A stretch of 64,000 nt of DNA from Callorhinchus milii (Eukaryota). Position numbers and translations under genes: made by a program. The stretch lies in the NCBI RefSeq assembly GCF_018977255.1, contig NW_024704742.1:8620001-8684000 (forward strand), in the 5' to 3' direction. Below, piece after piece: positions 36,496 to 52,400 of this stretch. How positions within the stretch are numbered: position 1 is the first letter of the stretch; each line of letters starts with the position of its first letter. The notes under the pieces are model-generated. The model worked only from the letters and a program-made list of their open reading frames with translations. It did not search any database and was not told the DNA's origin.

Positions 36496-39400
36496 TCAGA
36501 CACAGACAGTTCTGATATCTTCCTGGACCCACCCTGAATATTATATCACTGGAACCTGCCTCAGCTGCTGCACCTGAGTCCTGTGTGCAGTACATTGATG
36601 CAGTACCTGACGGGAAAGGCACTGTACAAATGTAGTTTGTTGTTGTTGTTACTGTACCTTCCAGATGTTTATAAACCTCTTCATACGCCGTCACTTCATC
36701 CTCCAGCACTTTAGACACATCCTCAATGTGTTTAGCAATATCTGCCCTGGCTCCACAGTTGAGATTATGACCATCGTTTGCTCTGGGGATCAGAGATGAC
36801 ATGAAAGGCAGCCTTGTCTGAGCTGCTGACCCGGCTTTTGGATGTCACTGTTTCCTGTTTGGTTATTGTTTTCATCCACAGCAACAAATCCAGCCAAGGG
36901 TTCAGTGAGACTCTCAGCTCCACCAGGAAATGCAGTTTCTGATTTCTCACAATGCTTCAAGAACTGAACTGCTCGTAAGAGTTTTGTGTAACACTCTGCC
37001 ATTTTTCTACTGTCCTTTGTATATTGCTCCATGATATCATTAATGTCTCTGTCTTTGGGTAACAATGTCCATGTCACAAGCTGCAGTGTTGGCAGCCCCA
37101 CCAGCCACACTCTGGCCAACTCCCACACTCGTGACATTGTGAATCGAGTAAATGTCGTCTGCGATCTTTTGTAGGTCTCTGATGTAGCTGATCATCCACA
37201 CTCTCCAGCCAGGGAACAAGGTGACAAAATCTCTTACATCCTCCTTCCTCTGTTCAACCTCAGCTTTGAGTGCTTTCCTGTTAATATGAGAAACTCCAAT
37301 TAGAAACCCAGCTCAGAGGAAGGACACTTGATCATCATGTCTGTGCTTCTCACTGAGAGTTATCAACTCTATCCCATTAACCTGCCATTTCCCCATCCCC
37401 TCCTCTGCCTTAATTCTTTGATAGGGAAAATGCGCTGGTAACTGGCAAATAAGGTTTAATTCAAGATTCGAGTTGTAATTTCAGGACAGACACCAGGAAG
37501 TTTTTTCTTTGCACAGGATAATTAACGACTGGAATAGAAAAGGCGTTTGAGGCCAGGACATTGGGATTAACTTAATCCACGACTGTTTTCAGGAGACTGC
37601 TGTGTGCAATTGGCTGCCGCGTTTCACCCACAAAATACAGTTACTATATTTACAGTATATCTTGTAAAGCGCTTTGAGACATCTCAAAGATATAAGACGC
37701 TATATCAAATGCAAGGTTTAATATTATTATTAATGTGCAGAGCTGGACCAACTCGCTGCTTGCACTGGCTGTTTTCCATCCTAATCAAGGCTGTTACGAT
37801 CATCTCAGCATCATTCATCATTCATTCATCGGCTCAGCATGGTGCGGTGTGATCAGTCTGTCAGCCCGGCCTTGTTATCATTCAGTCTCTGCACTGTTTT
37901 ATTTAAGCTTTATTAAAGCCAAGGAGGGGCAGGGAGGGGAATAGAGAGAGAAATGAGATAAAGAACCAATCAGACAGAGCATGTGAGAATGATTGATTCA
38001 TTCACAATATCAGGCAGTGTATTCAGCAGCTGCCTCACATCTGTACGTACCTGTCTTCAGTGTCACTGGACTGTGTCTGTTGAACAAGGGAGAAACAGGA
38101 GCCATTATCACTGGTTATTATCTGGTACCGACAGTGAACAGACACAATCCTGACTGATACAGTGACCACACAGGAGGGAACATCTCCTGTGCAGGAGCTG
38201 GAATAGGCCATTCGGCCCTTCGAGCCTGCCCCGCCATTCAATCATGGCTGATCTTCTAATCTAACTTCAGCTAATAACCTGACCCCGCCTTATCCCCATA
38301 TCCCTTAATCCCTTTTGCAATAAGAAACATATCTATCTCAGTCTTGAATATGTTCAAGGACTGAGCATCAACAGCCCTTTGGGGTAGCGAGTTCCATACA
38401 TTCACCGCCCTTTGAGTGAAGAAGCTCTTCCTCAACTCAGTGCGAAAGGGCTGGCCTCTGATTTTAAGGTTGTGACCCCTGGTTTTAGTTTCTCCAACCA
38501 GGGGAAACAATCTCCCACTATCTACGCTATCATGCCCTTTGATGATCTTATAGGTTTCTGGCTCCACTGCTGTCAAGGTTTGGCTTCTTTTCTGGCAAAT
38601 GCAGAGGGTCACGCAGGAGCCGCGAGTGGGGAAAACTCAACATAACAGAGACTCAGAGACACAGCAATAATAATAATAATAATAATTGTAATAATCTTTG
38701 CATTTGATACAGAGCCTTATCACTTTGTTGAAAGTTTTCAAAGCGCTTCACAGAACATACCGTAATGTAAATCGACTGTATATTTAGTGAAATACCAGCA
38801 ACACAGGGACAATGACTGGAACAAACACAGGTACCATTCCACCTGTCCCATCCCCACACACCACATTCCCCCACACTCACAGAAACCAATCCCCCAAATA
38901 CAGTCACTGTCACCCACACACCAGACACTGCCACCAACACATACACACACCGTTCCCCTTTCAACACACACAGAAACTGTCCCCAACCCACACACACACA
39001 CCACCCTTCACATACACAGACACCACTCCCAACATAGAGATTGTCTCCAACACACTCGCACCCATGCACACTGTCCCCAACACAGACACTGTCCCGAACA
39101 CACACAGATAATATCCCCTACATGCGCAGATACCTTCCACAACATAGACAACACCCCCCACACACACAGACTCCGTCCCCCACACACATAGATACCATGC
39201 CCAACAAACACACAGACATCGCTCCCAACACCCAGACACCGTTCCTCCCACCATAAACACAGACACCATTACAAACATATGCATAGACACCATCCCCCAA
39301 CCCACCCCACACATTCACAAACAGACACTATCACCCACACGCAGAGATCAGTGATATTACGGAACTCGCTATCTGAAGTGGTGGGTGAATCATATGATTG

Positions 39401-40467
39401 CATTTATGGTCATTTAAGAGAAAGCCAGACTTTCACATGAGGGAGAGGAGATTAGAGGGTGTGAAAGGGAGTAAGGAGCGGGTGAAGACTTGTGTGCAGT
39501 ATAAACACCAGTGCAGACTGGTTGGGCTGAGTGGCCTGTTTCTGTGTTGTACAGTCTGTGTAAATCTACAAAAGTAAAGCAATAAAGCTGAGTTTGTACA
39601 AATCATTGGTGAGGCCACAGCTGGAGACTCTGTTCAGTTTGGGACTCTCACGTCAGGAAGGCTGTTCTCTCCTTGGAAGGGATGTGCAGGAGGTTTACGA
39701 GAATCAATCCCGGGGATGAGAGGCTTCGGTTACGAGGAGAGATTGGGGATGTTGCTTTCATTGGACCTGAGAAGGTTGAGAGCTGATAGAGGTGGGCACA
39801 ATGGTGAGGGTTTAAATAGGGTAAATAGGGAGAAGCTATTCCTACTGGCTGGCAGTCAGGGACCAGGGGCCTTGGTTGTAAGACAGTCACAAGAAGAACA
39901 AAAGAAGAGCTTTGATGAAATTGTTTCACCCAAAGAGTTATTGTGGTGTAGAAAGTGCACCTAACTAAGGTGGGAGAAGCAGAGTCCATTGTGGTGTTCC
40001 ACAGGATATTAGACAGGGATATTATGAGAGAGAGAGAGAGAGACTTGAGACTTGGGGATAAGGCAGGGCAGTGGGATTGAATGATCAGCTTGCTCTGAGA
40101 GCCAGTGTATGGCCTCCTTCTGTACTATAAATTCTATGATTCACTGATTCACAAACACGCTGACTGTGCATAAATGTAAGTAGTTATTATTCTAACTGGG
40201 GAGGAGGAACCAAAGGGAGAGTTGGAGGGTGTTGATGAAAGTCACAATCAAAGAGATAGGATTTTAAGTGAGTGTGAAAGTGGAGAGAGAGGCTCAAGGT
40301 GATGGGGTTTCAGACAGTGGGGTTGTGTTTGACGGCTCAGGGCTGATTCAGAGGAATGGCAGGAGGTTGTTATCTTACTCGGTGCAGTGGGCACAGGATT
40401 AAAATAAAAAGTTAATATTGTCATCATTTCCAATAGATTAATTACCTGGTTTGAGAATCCCTGCCAT
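36496..40467 (-). pseudogene. APOL: Duplicate of APOL-B (terminal exon ~36496-37277, micro-exon 38051-38076, ATG exon 40446-40509) with several frameshifts
   Basis: The micro-exon is 26 nt (extra g). The terminal exon has an 8-nt deletion near 37045 and 1-nt insertions near 36838 and 36872. Confidence 0.7.
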
Positions 40468-43400
40468 TGTGTGAACTCTTCCCTGTCGTCAATGATGCTT
40501 TTGTACAACCTTTGGAAATGAAGAAAACCAATGTGAATCCAATCTCTCCCCATCGTCAGTGACAAAAACCACAGTCAATCTGATCATTCTGTCAATCACA
40601 TCCTATATTTAAGTTTGAATTTAATGATTAAAACAATTTATCAGTAATCAATGGGAAGGGATATGAGTTGTAGACAAGGAGATGGTGGCAATGCTCTCAC
40701 ACATTTCATGCTGAGCTGTGTTTCCTACCAGGAAGTTTGCAGGGAATTCCATACTTAAAAGGATCCGAAACCAAACAAAGAAATTCCCAAGATGATTATT
40801 GGAATGCAATGTATACTCTAGAGAGACACATTCTCTTACCTAATTCCAGAAAGTATTTTCACTGTAGCTGAGGAGGTCGTGAAGGGTTGATAGAGGTTGA
40901 CACAATATTGAGGGTCTCAATAGAGACAATAGGAAAAAAAAGTCGCAGGAAGTTCCTGGTATCTGCCATCCACCCAATGAGGGCTCAAACCCTCACTTGT
41001 TGAATGTCACCGACCAACTAGCGACTATACTCTGGAGTGCGGGAGATGACCAAGGTCTCCTTTGAGCTGAACGGGCTCCAAGGTGACTTGTTTGGCATCA
41101 GATTGTTAGAATCAAGCCCACCCTTTGTGACAGTTTCTAATCTAGTTCCTGAGGCAGGTGGGTCTGCAATACTCCAGGTCACTGCTGATGACAGCCCAGC
41201 GTGGCTGGCAAATCGGCAGGGCTTGGAAAGGCAGAACAGTCACTGGGGACAGGGAGTCATCCCACTCAGCTCCCATTAAAGCACTCGCGGATTATGTAGA
41301 CCAAGCTGGATAAGCAATGGGAAGTTTTGCCAGACAGTGATCCCAATGGCAAGCTATGTGGTCTTAACTGGTTAGACTCCAACAGTTATCCCACAGCACA
41401 TTTTGGTGTCCTCAAGGTTTGGCTTTTGCCAATTTGTGCCTATTAATTTCTGGAGTTAGGTAAACCGAATGCATCTCTCCAGGGAGAGAGTGCATATTCC
41501 ATTCCAATAATCATCTTGGGAATTTCCATGTTTGCTTTGAATACTCTTAAGCACGGTGATGTGTTTACACATTGTTTTGGGTCAGCCGGGTGTTTTTGGT
41601 CTTTTGTTTATAATGCAATTCAACTCTCTCCCTGGAGTGTTCACTCATATTGAGCCACGACAGTGTTCACTGCAATAATCAGAAAGGCTATTTTGGTTAT
41701 GAAAATGTTACCCACTGAGCAGGAATAGAGGACTGGCAGTGCCCAGTGCTTCTCAGCCTGGTTTGGCTGTTTCTAGTTTTGAGACTTTGAGTGGGATGTA
41801 ATTTCAGAACATTAAAATGTTGTTTCTTATACAAGGAATGGAATGTGGTTAGGAATCCATCAATGGTGATCAATATTCAACATGTCTCCTCATCAGTGAC
41901 CCACACAAGGTTACATCAACTTTCTTTGACTTGTCCAGGAATCAGATTCCAGGAATTATCTCAGTTCCTGCTCACCCTCACATTTATCACCGTTATTTAT
42001 TTCCCCACCTTTGTCCTGTTCCACCAACCTTACAATTGAATTACAGTCATATTCCTCAATGCTACTGTGTGCAATAATCCTTTCACTAACATCTACTATA
42101 CTTGAGCACTGAAGGTTAATAATTGACCACCAGTTTAGATAAGTCCAGCAGGTAAATGTTAATCAGTGTTTGCTGGTGACTTCTGGGCCATAAATCTCAA
42201 TGAAATCAAAATGTTTTCATAATAATCAATGAAAGCTCAGGAGGGGATTGAACCACCAGGGGACAGAAGTGGTAAACAGGTGAAGGATAATCATAGAATC
42301 ATAGAATCGTACAGCACAAAAAGAGGCCATTTGGCCCATCGAGTCTGTGCCGGCTCTTTGAAAAGAGCAATGTAATGTCAATCCCACTCCCCAGCCCTTT
42401 CCCCATAATTCTGCAAACCCGTCCTCCTCAAATACCCGTCCATCGCTTTTTTAAAAGTTGTTATCGAATCGGCCTCGACTGCCCTTTCAGGCAATGCATT
42501 ACAGATTCGAACAACTCAGAAAAGCAGCCGTTCACCACAACTCTCTGCTTTCTGTCTCCCAGCCAGTTCTGGATCCATGCTGCCACTGTCCCTTTTATAC
42601 CATTATGGAAAATCAGCATGGATTTGTGAAATGCAGATCATGTTTGACCAATTTACTACAATACTTTTTTGAAGTAATAACTGCAAATATAGAGAAAGGC
42701 AATGCTATGGATGTTGTATATTAGGGTTTCCATCTGCAGTCTCACAATCCTCTATTCCTCCCAGCTTGGTATCACCCGCAAACTTTGATACCATCCCCTC
42801 TATATCTAAATCAAAGTCATTAATATATAGGGAACAAAGGAGATCTAGTACAGATCCCTGTGGCATGCAATTAATTACCGGCTGCCAAACGGGAAACATC
42901 CTTTTATCCTCCCTCTCTGCTTCCTGTCCTTTAACTACATTTCTGTCCCAAAGCACCACAGTTCCCTCTATACGCTCTGAGTTTCTCCACCAATATCTTG
43001 TGTAGCACCTTATCAAATGCCCTCAAAACATAGAGTCAATGCACTATAATTAAAACAGCTTTAACCAGACGGCTTTGCACTCCTCTCTATGTCTGTTGCC
43101 CTTACAGCCAGAATGATTTCACTCCCCGCTGTCTGGCCGACAATCCCCCGGATAAACCTGGTTGTTCAGCTCATGGCTGTCTGTGGGACATTGCTGTGTA
43201 GCTATCATGTTTGTCTACATATAGTCACTACACGTTACAGAAAACCTCTGGGAAGTGCTTTGAGATGTTTTGACATGATGAGGCGCTGTATCAAAACAGA
43301 AATCATTTTTCTAAAACCCTGCAATCCAAGTCAAAAAACTCAATAATCTACCCCATGCTGCAGGAATGAAACATGCTAATGTGTGGATAACTGCACAATG

Positions 43401-46400
43401 AAGACACAACAGTGCAATAGTCAAGCCTCACATTCACTGGAATATCAGCAATACCACTTTCACTCATTCTCTGAGAGAGACAAAACCCTCACTCACTCTC
43501 TGTGATAGAGAGAGAGAAATCCTCACAAACTCACTGTAATAGAGAGAGAATGCCTCACTCACTCTCTGTGATGGAGAAATGTTCACTCACTCTCTGTGAT
43601 GGAGAAACCTTCAATCATTCTCTGTGAGAGAGAGAAACCCTCCTCACTTGTGATAGAGAGAAAAACCCTCACTCTCTGTGAAAGAGAGAAACAGGACTTA
43701 AACATGTCAATGCTTTAATGTGTGAATAACCACGCAATGAAGACATAACAGTGCAAAAGTCAGATACAATGACCAGGATAGTGGCTGAGACAGCAAAGTA
43801 AACCAGAGTCACAAGCCAATGTCTGCAACTGAACCCAAAGGTGTGTGACAGGTTGTGGATGGGAACAGTTAGGCTGAGTTCATGGAAACAGGTTCAGACA
43901 AAAGCTCTTCAGACAATCTGATCTATTCCCAGATTCCCTGCCACATGGCCAGTCTGAAACTTTCAATCTCACCTCAAATCTTCTTCCTTAGGTTATTGTA
44001 ACTTTGTCTTCACTTTGCTGGTATGAAGCAGCTATGTTAAATGTTCTGGTTAAGCACCAAGTATTATATATGGATTGATGGTCACTGGCTGGGGCACTGG
44101 ATGACTGACTGGCAGGTTTTTCAATGGGATGATTCTAAGTTACTATAAGTTCAAGAAATCAGTGTTCAGCAGATATATAACTCAACACTCCTTTATTGTC
44201 ACTGTAACCAACAAGGGTTGGCTGCAGCAATGAACACGTGACTCCATAAAGATTTATAACTTAAGCAAAGCTGGTAATGAAATATGATGATAAGTCACTG
44301 ACTAGTAACTAGTAAGAGCAACGAAAGACACTGACTAGTAACTTATACTAGATCCAGGAAATGCTGAGAGTGAAAGATAATATGGACAGAACCACCCAGT
44401 AATGGGTAGAGTGCCAATCTCTCTAACCTCCCCTCGTAGCTAGACCTCATAACTCTGGTACCAGCCTGGTCTTCATGATTCTCTCTGAGCCACACACTCC
44501 GTCAGTGTACCAATTGTAGTGTCTATCCATGAGAACCGTGATCCTAGTGAGACCGAGAACTACATAGGGATCTCATTGATTTCAGTGGCTCTTAAAATGG
44601 TTCTTTGGGTAATCACTGCACATGTATCGCAAGCTTTGGAGCTCATGTTTGATCAGGAAGGAAGACTGGCTTCTGTTCTTGTGAGGATTGTGTGGAACAG
44701 TTTGTAGTTTTGTATAAGATGACAGAACTCCATAAGGTTAAGGAAAACCCACCCTTATTGCATTCATTAACTTCTTTTCGACCTAATGCCTCATGAAACC
44801 GTCATGATTAAACATGGAAATAATGGCGAAATCCGTTTCAAAGCGCTTCACAGAATATACTACAAGTGAATTGACGTATATTTTGTGGGCAAAACGCAGC
44901 AGCCAATTGCACACTGCAGTGTCCTACACACAGTCGTGGATTGAGTGACAAAATTATTATTGTTTTGTTTCTTGAGGGATTATTGTCAGGCATATCAAGT
45001 AAGGCAACTTGCCCAAGGTTTCACCCTAGTGGGAAATGAACCCATGTCTCTCTAACCACTGAGCTACAGGACTCCACAGTTGAAGAATACCCTTCAAACC
45101 CATCTGATCTCATCCCTCCAGGAAAACCACCCCATTGTTATCACAGCACAGAGCTGCTTTTTAAATTAATCCAGTGGCCTGGCCTCAGTCAGCCATCCTG
45201 TCAACTTGTTCCAGTCGTTAATTACCTTCTGGGTAAAGAAAAACTTCCTGGTGTTTGTACTGAAATTCTCCTTTACATCTCTAAACCTGTGTCATCTTGT
45301 TGTACTGTCATATACATCTTAAAATATCGATCTGGGTTTACAATTTCAATCCTCCATGAGATTCCCTCTGAGTTGTCTTCTTTTAAAGTTGAAGAACCCT
45401 AGCTTGTTGAATTGTTGCTCATAGCCTGGGCCAATAGAAAATCGCCCTGTGATTTTTTCACGGAATCAACGAAAATAAACACATCACGAGAAACAGTAAA
45501 AGTGAAGATTGCTCTGCCCCTGGCCTCTCTATACCCTGCTGCCCACTGTTTGCTTGGCCTCTCTCTTTGGTGCCTCTGTGCATACGACTGTGGTGGAGCA
45601 GTTCCAGACATGGCTCCAGAGGGGACATGGGATTTGCTTTCTGGGGAGTGACCATGACCCCCCCCACCTCCAACAGCTGCCACTGCTGAGATTGTCTGTG
45701 GGCACGCTGTCTGTCAATGTGCATGTCTTCCCCACTGGCTGTAATGTTTGTGTGTCTCTCTCTCTCTCTGTCTGCTTGTCTTTCTGGGTGTCTATGTGCG
45801 GTGGCTTGCCCGAGAGGCAGAAGATGATGACCTCCTGGAATATCGCAGTCAGGACTCTGGCGAGCTTGGCAAGCAATGCTGGGCTCGGCATATCTCCAGG
45901 CCTTTGAATGCAATGCTATCGTCCAAGGATACACACTCCACCTTATTAAGCCAGTCCAGAACCTTGGCTTCATGTTTGACCCTCAAGTATCCTTTCTACT
46001 CCACGCCTGTACCATGGTCTGCTCTGCTTTCCCCCACCTCCGCAACATCGCCCGGTTCCACCACTGTCTCACACTACAAGTGGCCAAAGTCTTCATACAC
46101 ACATTTCTAACATCCAGGCTTGACTATGGAAACTTCCGGCTTGTCGGCCTCCCCAACTCCTCCCTCCATAGGCTACAGATAATCCAGAACTCTGCAACCT
46201 GTGTCCACTCCCGCACCAGGCTCCGTGAACCTATCATGCCCATACCCACCCAACTCCACTGGCTTTCCATCACACAGAGGATAACATTCAAGATCCTGGT
46301 TCTCACCTTCAAAGTCCCACATGGATTTGATCACCCCTATCTCTGTGACCTCATAACCCCCTACCATCCTGCCTGCTCCCTCCATTCAGCGGGCTCCTGC

Positions 46401-49400
46401 CTACTTCATGTCACCCAGCTCACCCCACCATTGGAGAGGCAGGCCTTCAGCCACTCTGCCCCCAATCTCTGGAATTCCATCCCACAGTCCTACTGCCTGG
46501 CCCCTTCTTTGCCTCCTTCAAGACCCTCGTTTCGCCCACAAATATACAGTCAATTCACTTTACAGTATATTCGTTGAAGTGCTTTGAGACGTCTAGAAGA
46601 CGTGAAAAGCACTATATCAAATGCAAGGATTATTATTATTATTAAGACCCATCTCAAGAACCTCCTCTTTGACCCTGCCTTTGTTTACCCCTCTTTCACC
46701 CACATTCGTTAACGCTCCCAAATCCTGACCCCCAGCTCGGAAACACTGATTGTTCAGTGCCTTGGGATGTCCTCCTGACGTTAAAGGCGCTATACAAATT
46801 TCAAAAGTTCCAAATTGTCCAGTCTTTCCTGTTAGTATCCATTCATCCCTGAGAACATACTCATAAACTTATTACATCCAAGTAAAATTATAGTGCAATA
46901 GGAAAGTGAATCAATTGGGTAGCCCAGGCCTCCCCACTGTACAATGTGGGGAGGGGCAGAGGAACCTGAAGCAGGTTTCAATGATGGAAAATCAACATGC
47001 ACAATGGGTTTGGCTGCTTTGTGTGGTTCTGGTTGGCTGTGGCACCAACTATTCAATTGTGACAAGAGCGGATGCGAAATACAGCAACTCCTATCAGAGC
47101 ATCACCTGGTAGCAAAGTTACAGAAGTGACTTATCACCACATCAGAAAGAACGTTTGATTGTCCAACCATTTCCCAACACGTCGTCCTCATTACTCCTCC
47201 CTCCATCTGCTTCTCACATGTTCCCTTTCCTACTGACTGAATCTGCTGCACTGAAGGTCGTTCAATCTGCTGGATTTATGGGGTAATGTATGGTGATGGA
47301 TTTCTGTGTGTCAGACGTCTGGCTGAAAAAAACAAAAAATTCACCAATCTACTCTGTGCATTTATAATCCCAGAACTTGTCAGTATTCGATCCCTTTGTG
47401 ACCTTCTCTGTTACAGCTTATGGAGACATTTATAATATTATCCATTTAGATATAGTGACGTATGACACTAAAACATCTGAAAGTATCCACAAGAAGCTAT
47501 TTTAACTGTAGTGAATATTATGTAAGGAAATACAGCATCAAATCTACAGAAGCACCATCCCACATAGTGATGTGACGAGTTGTCAATCAGAATTGTGATC
47601 TTGTTGGGATTACACTGGCACACCTCTGGGAGAGATCCAGGATGACAGGACACTATTTTATTCACCACCACCATCTTTATGTATCTATTACTACACATGC
47701 ACACAGAAATTTGACTGTTGATGCAATCTTCATAAACACTGCATTCAGAATCTGGGTTACTCTGGCTGCCTGATGCTATGATGGAGGGATGGTAGAGTAG
47801 GTGTTCTGTAGGGTGTTAATGGATTTTTTGTTCCCATGTGAAGTACTTTACATTTCTCCACATTGAATTTCATCTGCCAATTCCCAAGTGTGTTCAAACC
47901 CTCCTGTAACCTATCTCGTTCAGCTTCGCAATCTATCACCTTCATTAGTTTGGTGTCATCTACAAACTTATCCATTGTGTTTGTGACTCCTAGTTCCAGA
48001 TCATTTATAAAAACATTGAACAAAAGAGACGCTTGTGAAACTCCACTGGTAATATTTTCGCAGTTTGATGATATTCCCTGTACCACCACCCTCTGGGTTC
48101 TTCCAGCCAAACAATTACGTATCCATTGTAATATACCTCCACTGATTCCTGTTTTCTTTACTTTCAGTGCCAGCCTCTCAAGGGGAACTGTGTCAAAGGC
48201 CTTATTGAAATCCAGATATGCAACATGCACAGCCTTACCCTTACCAAGCTCCCTTGTCACACCATCAAAGAAAACCAGTACATTAGATTGGCAAGACCTT
48301 CCCTTCATTAACCCATATTGGCTATCATTTATGATTTTATTTCTGTCCAGATTCTCCATGATTTTATCATTAATAAGAATCTCCATAATTTTTACCCACA
48401 ATAGACATCATTACCATGCTCCTAATTACTATGCCACCAGGTTGGTGTCATATGCAATTTTGATCCCACACCTCTTGTACCTCCATCCACATCATTTACG
48501 TGTAAGGCAATTCATAGCGGCCCTTACACAGATCCCTGCTGAACACCAATCCCTAACTCTCACCAGCTTGAGAAGATATCTTTATCTCCTACCATTTGCT
48601 TTCGCTTTCTGAACTGCTCTTCAATACATTCTGCTACCTCTTCCATGATTCCACATGACCCTATTTTAGCATGAGCTTCTCATGTGGCACTTTATCAAAG
48701 ATCTGAAAATCCAGATACACTACATCAACTGCATTTCCTGTCAACTATATTGGTTACATCTTCAAAGAATTTGAAAAGGTTGGTCAAACGTAACCTTAAA
48801 TTCATGCTGGCTGCTTGCAAATATATTCCCCTTTTCCAGATGACTAGTTATTATTATAGATTCCAATATTTTGCCCACAACCAATATTATGCTGACTGGC
48901 CTGTGGTTTCCAAGATTCGCTCTATCAACTTTTTTTCCGAATAGATATAACATTGGCCATTCCTGTCCTTCCTTAGTTCTTTGATATATACATGCTATCT
49001 CATCCCTAGTTTCTCTAAGAATCCTTAAGAATTTTTGTGGAGAGTCTTTAACAACAACTTGCATTTTTATAGAACCCTCCAAGCCGGGGGCGTCTCAGAG
49101 CATTTAACAATGGCGGAGCATGATGCTGAGGCAGGGGCAAGGGGAAGGTAATTGTAGGCATGATCGAAGAGGAAGGTCTTCAGGTTTATTAAAAACCTGT
49201 AGCGTAATGCTCAGAGCATTTGCTTTGCAAACAAGAGGACGAAACATTGGACAACTTTCCTTAGTCCACATACATCTGTTCACCGAGCAGTAAGTAAGAA
49301 CCCGGTCAGTTGATTGGCGGATTGCTTTTCCATGCTCCATGATCTTATCATAATAATAATCCTTGCATTTGATATAGCGCTTTGAGTAATCTCGAAGATG

Positions 49401-52400
49401 TGATAAGAAAGATCTAAACCGGTGGATAATAAGTAATTTTCAGCCTTTAATAATAATATTCCTTATCACATCGTTAAGGCATTTCAAAGCTTTTCATAAA
49501 ATATACTGTAAAGTGAATTGAATGTATATCTTGTAGGTGAAACGCAGCAGCCAATGTTCAAGTACAAAGTTTATGTGAGTGAAAGGATTATTACTATTTA
49601 CACAGTAGCCTGAGGAATATGACTGTAATTTAAATATAAGGTATATGGGACAGGACAAAGGTGGGAAAATAAATGAGGGTGATAAATGTTAGGCTGAGCA
49701 GAACTGAGATAATTCCTGGACTCCCATCTCTGAGAGTCCACAGGACACAGGACTAGGCTGGCACCTCAGACCATTTGAGGACAAGTCAAAGGAAGTTGTT
49801 GTAATCTTGTGTGGGACATTGGGAGGAGACATGCTGGATATTGGTCAACTTTGAGTGACACACGGCAGCCAATTGTGTACAAATAGTCATGGATGGAGTG
49901 ATCACATTTTTTGATGTAAGTGAAATGATTATTTACACAGTAGTATTGTGGTCCCTAATGTGGCTCCTAACAACATTCCATTCCTTGCTGATCAGCACTT
50001 GTGTTTCCACAGGTAGTTGAAGGGCCTACGGTTCAGTGTAAATTCTTCAGAAGCTGCAGGGTGCTGGGTGCCAGGGGAGCCTTAAGGCCATGGGAATCTC
50101 ACTAGATGGCATCACGCAATGGTTCTCTGACTATCTGTTGTTCCTTATGGGAGACTGGAACATGTCAAAAACAGAACTTCAAAGGTGGAGCGAAACCCTT
50201 CGACAGTGGTGCTCTCTGCCATTCTGATGTTCACCAATTACATAGCCTCGGACTATTCCTCTTGTGGGGAGGTAAGTGGTGTCTTCTGAGAGCTGAACTG
50301 GCTCCAAGGTGACATGGCCTGGTACTAAAATGTTGGAATTGAACCGACCCTCTGTGATTGTCTCTTGTCTGGTTCCTGAGTCAGGTGGGTCCGCAGTATT
50401 CTAGGGCACTGCTGAGGACAGCCCAGCCTGACTCATTAGCAGAACCTGGAAGGGCAGACTAGTCACTGAGAGCAGGGAGTCAGTCCTCTCAGCTCCTGTT
50501 AACCCTGCAAGACAAAGCCCTAACAGGTATAGTGGTCCTTCTGGACAAGCAGCGGGAAAGCTTGCCGGACGGCAATATAAATTTGTTCATCTTGTTAGAC
50601 TCCAGCAGTTACCCAACACACACTCTGAGTTCTCCAAGTTTTGCCTCTTGAAAACCTGCGCCTAACGCTCTCCAGAATTAGGTAAGCAGAATGCATCCCT
50701 CCAGCGCATTCCATTCCAACAAACTATCTCTTGGATTTCTAAGTGTAGGTGGGATGCATGGAAATCTCAGCTTGGTTTGGGTAATTTTAAGCATAGTGAT
50801 GGGTTTCTGCATGTGGCTGTCCCAAAACAAACTCCATTCCTTGTGTAAGAAATACATTCCTTATGTGGAGTCCTGTAGCCCAGTGGTTAGAGAACTCGCC
50901 TTGCAAGCGAGACACCTGGGTTCAATTCTAGGCAGAGGGCGAAACCTTGGGTAAGTTTCCTTACCCCACACGCCTAATAATAATCCCTCCAAAACAAAAC
51001 GATAATAAATTGGTCATTTTCAATCTACGACTGTTTGTGGGACACTCCTGTGCTCAATTGGCTGTCGTGTTTCGCCCACAAATATACAGTCAATTCACTT
51101 TACAGTGTGTTCTGTGAAGCGCTTTGGGACGTCCTCCTGACGTGAAAAGCGCTATATCAAATGCAAGGATTATTATTATTATAAGTGAAGTCCTCTGATG
51201 GTCCAACTCTCCCCACTCACCCCTGTGTAAGTCACGCCCCCAGTGTAAGACACGCCCCCCCAGTGTAAGACATGCCACCCCCAATGTAAGACAACCCCCC
51301 AGTGTAAGACACCCCCCCACTATAAGACTGCCTGTCCCCTCACCCACAGTATAAGATTGGCCTCCTTGCCTATGTGCGGGTGTAATTGTTAGGGATCTGT
51401 GTGTTCGGGGTCTGTGTGTGTGTGGCTGCATATGTATGTGGGGGGAACTATGTGTGTGGGCGGAGCAGTATATGTGTGGGGGGGACTGTGTATGTAGGGA
51501 GGCTGTGTGTGTGTGTGTGTGGTGGGGACTGGGTGATATTTCTGCAGCCTGTGTTGTCGATCAGGTGCTTCAAATAAAACAAACTTAATCAGCAAAAAAG
51601 CTGTTTAATGATAATAATATTCTTTGATATGATGATATTTGGAGTTTTTACATTTCCAGATTAATTGCTATTTTCCTGCCTCGTAGATCAGGAACCGGAC
51701 TGCACTACAACAACAACAACAACTTGCATTTTCACAGCAACCTTCACACAGGGCAGTGTCTCGAAGCGCTTCACAGTGGCAGAGCCTGACCCTGAGCCGG
51801 GGGCAAACTCACTGGACCTGACAAGAGCATGGCTGGGGATCCAAGCTCTTACATGAATGTCTTCAGGCGTGATCTGAAAGAGGGGAGGGAGGGAAAATGG
51901 TGGAGGGATTGCAGAGAGAGTTCAAGTTTCGGTGCGTAGTGCCTGAAAGTGTGTCCGCCAATGGTGGAGAGGAGGGGATGAGGGACAATCGGGAAGGCCG
52001 GAGGCAGCTGAGCGGAGGCAGCAGGTAGTGAAGTGCGGAGAAAGCAGATTGGAGAGGTAAGGAGTTGCTGGGGGTGTTGGGATTTGTAGACGAGTGTGAG
52101 GATCTTAAAGTTGATCCACTCTGTGATAGGAAGCCAGTGGAGCCAAGCGAGTACTGGTGTGATGGGGGTATGGATTTTAGTGTGTGATAGGAAGCCAGTG
52201 GAGCCTGGGGAGGATTAATGTGATGGTAGTACAGAGTTTAGAGTGTACGAGTACACAGGAGGTGGAATTTGGGAGTAGTTGTAGTTTGTGGGTTGTGGAG
52301 CTGGGGAGACCAGCAAGGAGGATATTAAAGGTGTGGACGAGGATTTCAGCTGACGAGGATTTATCCCTGGTGTAAGCTGTGCACAGGGACAGGGTGAGAT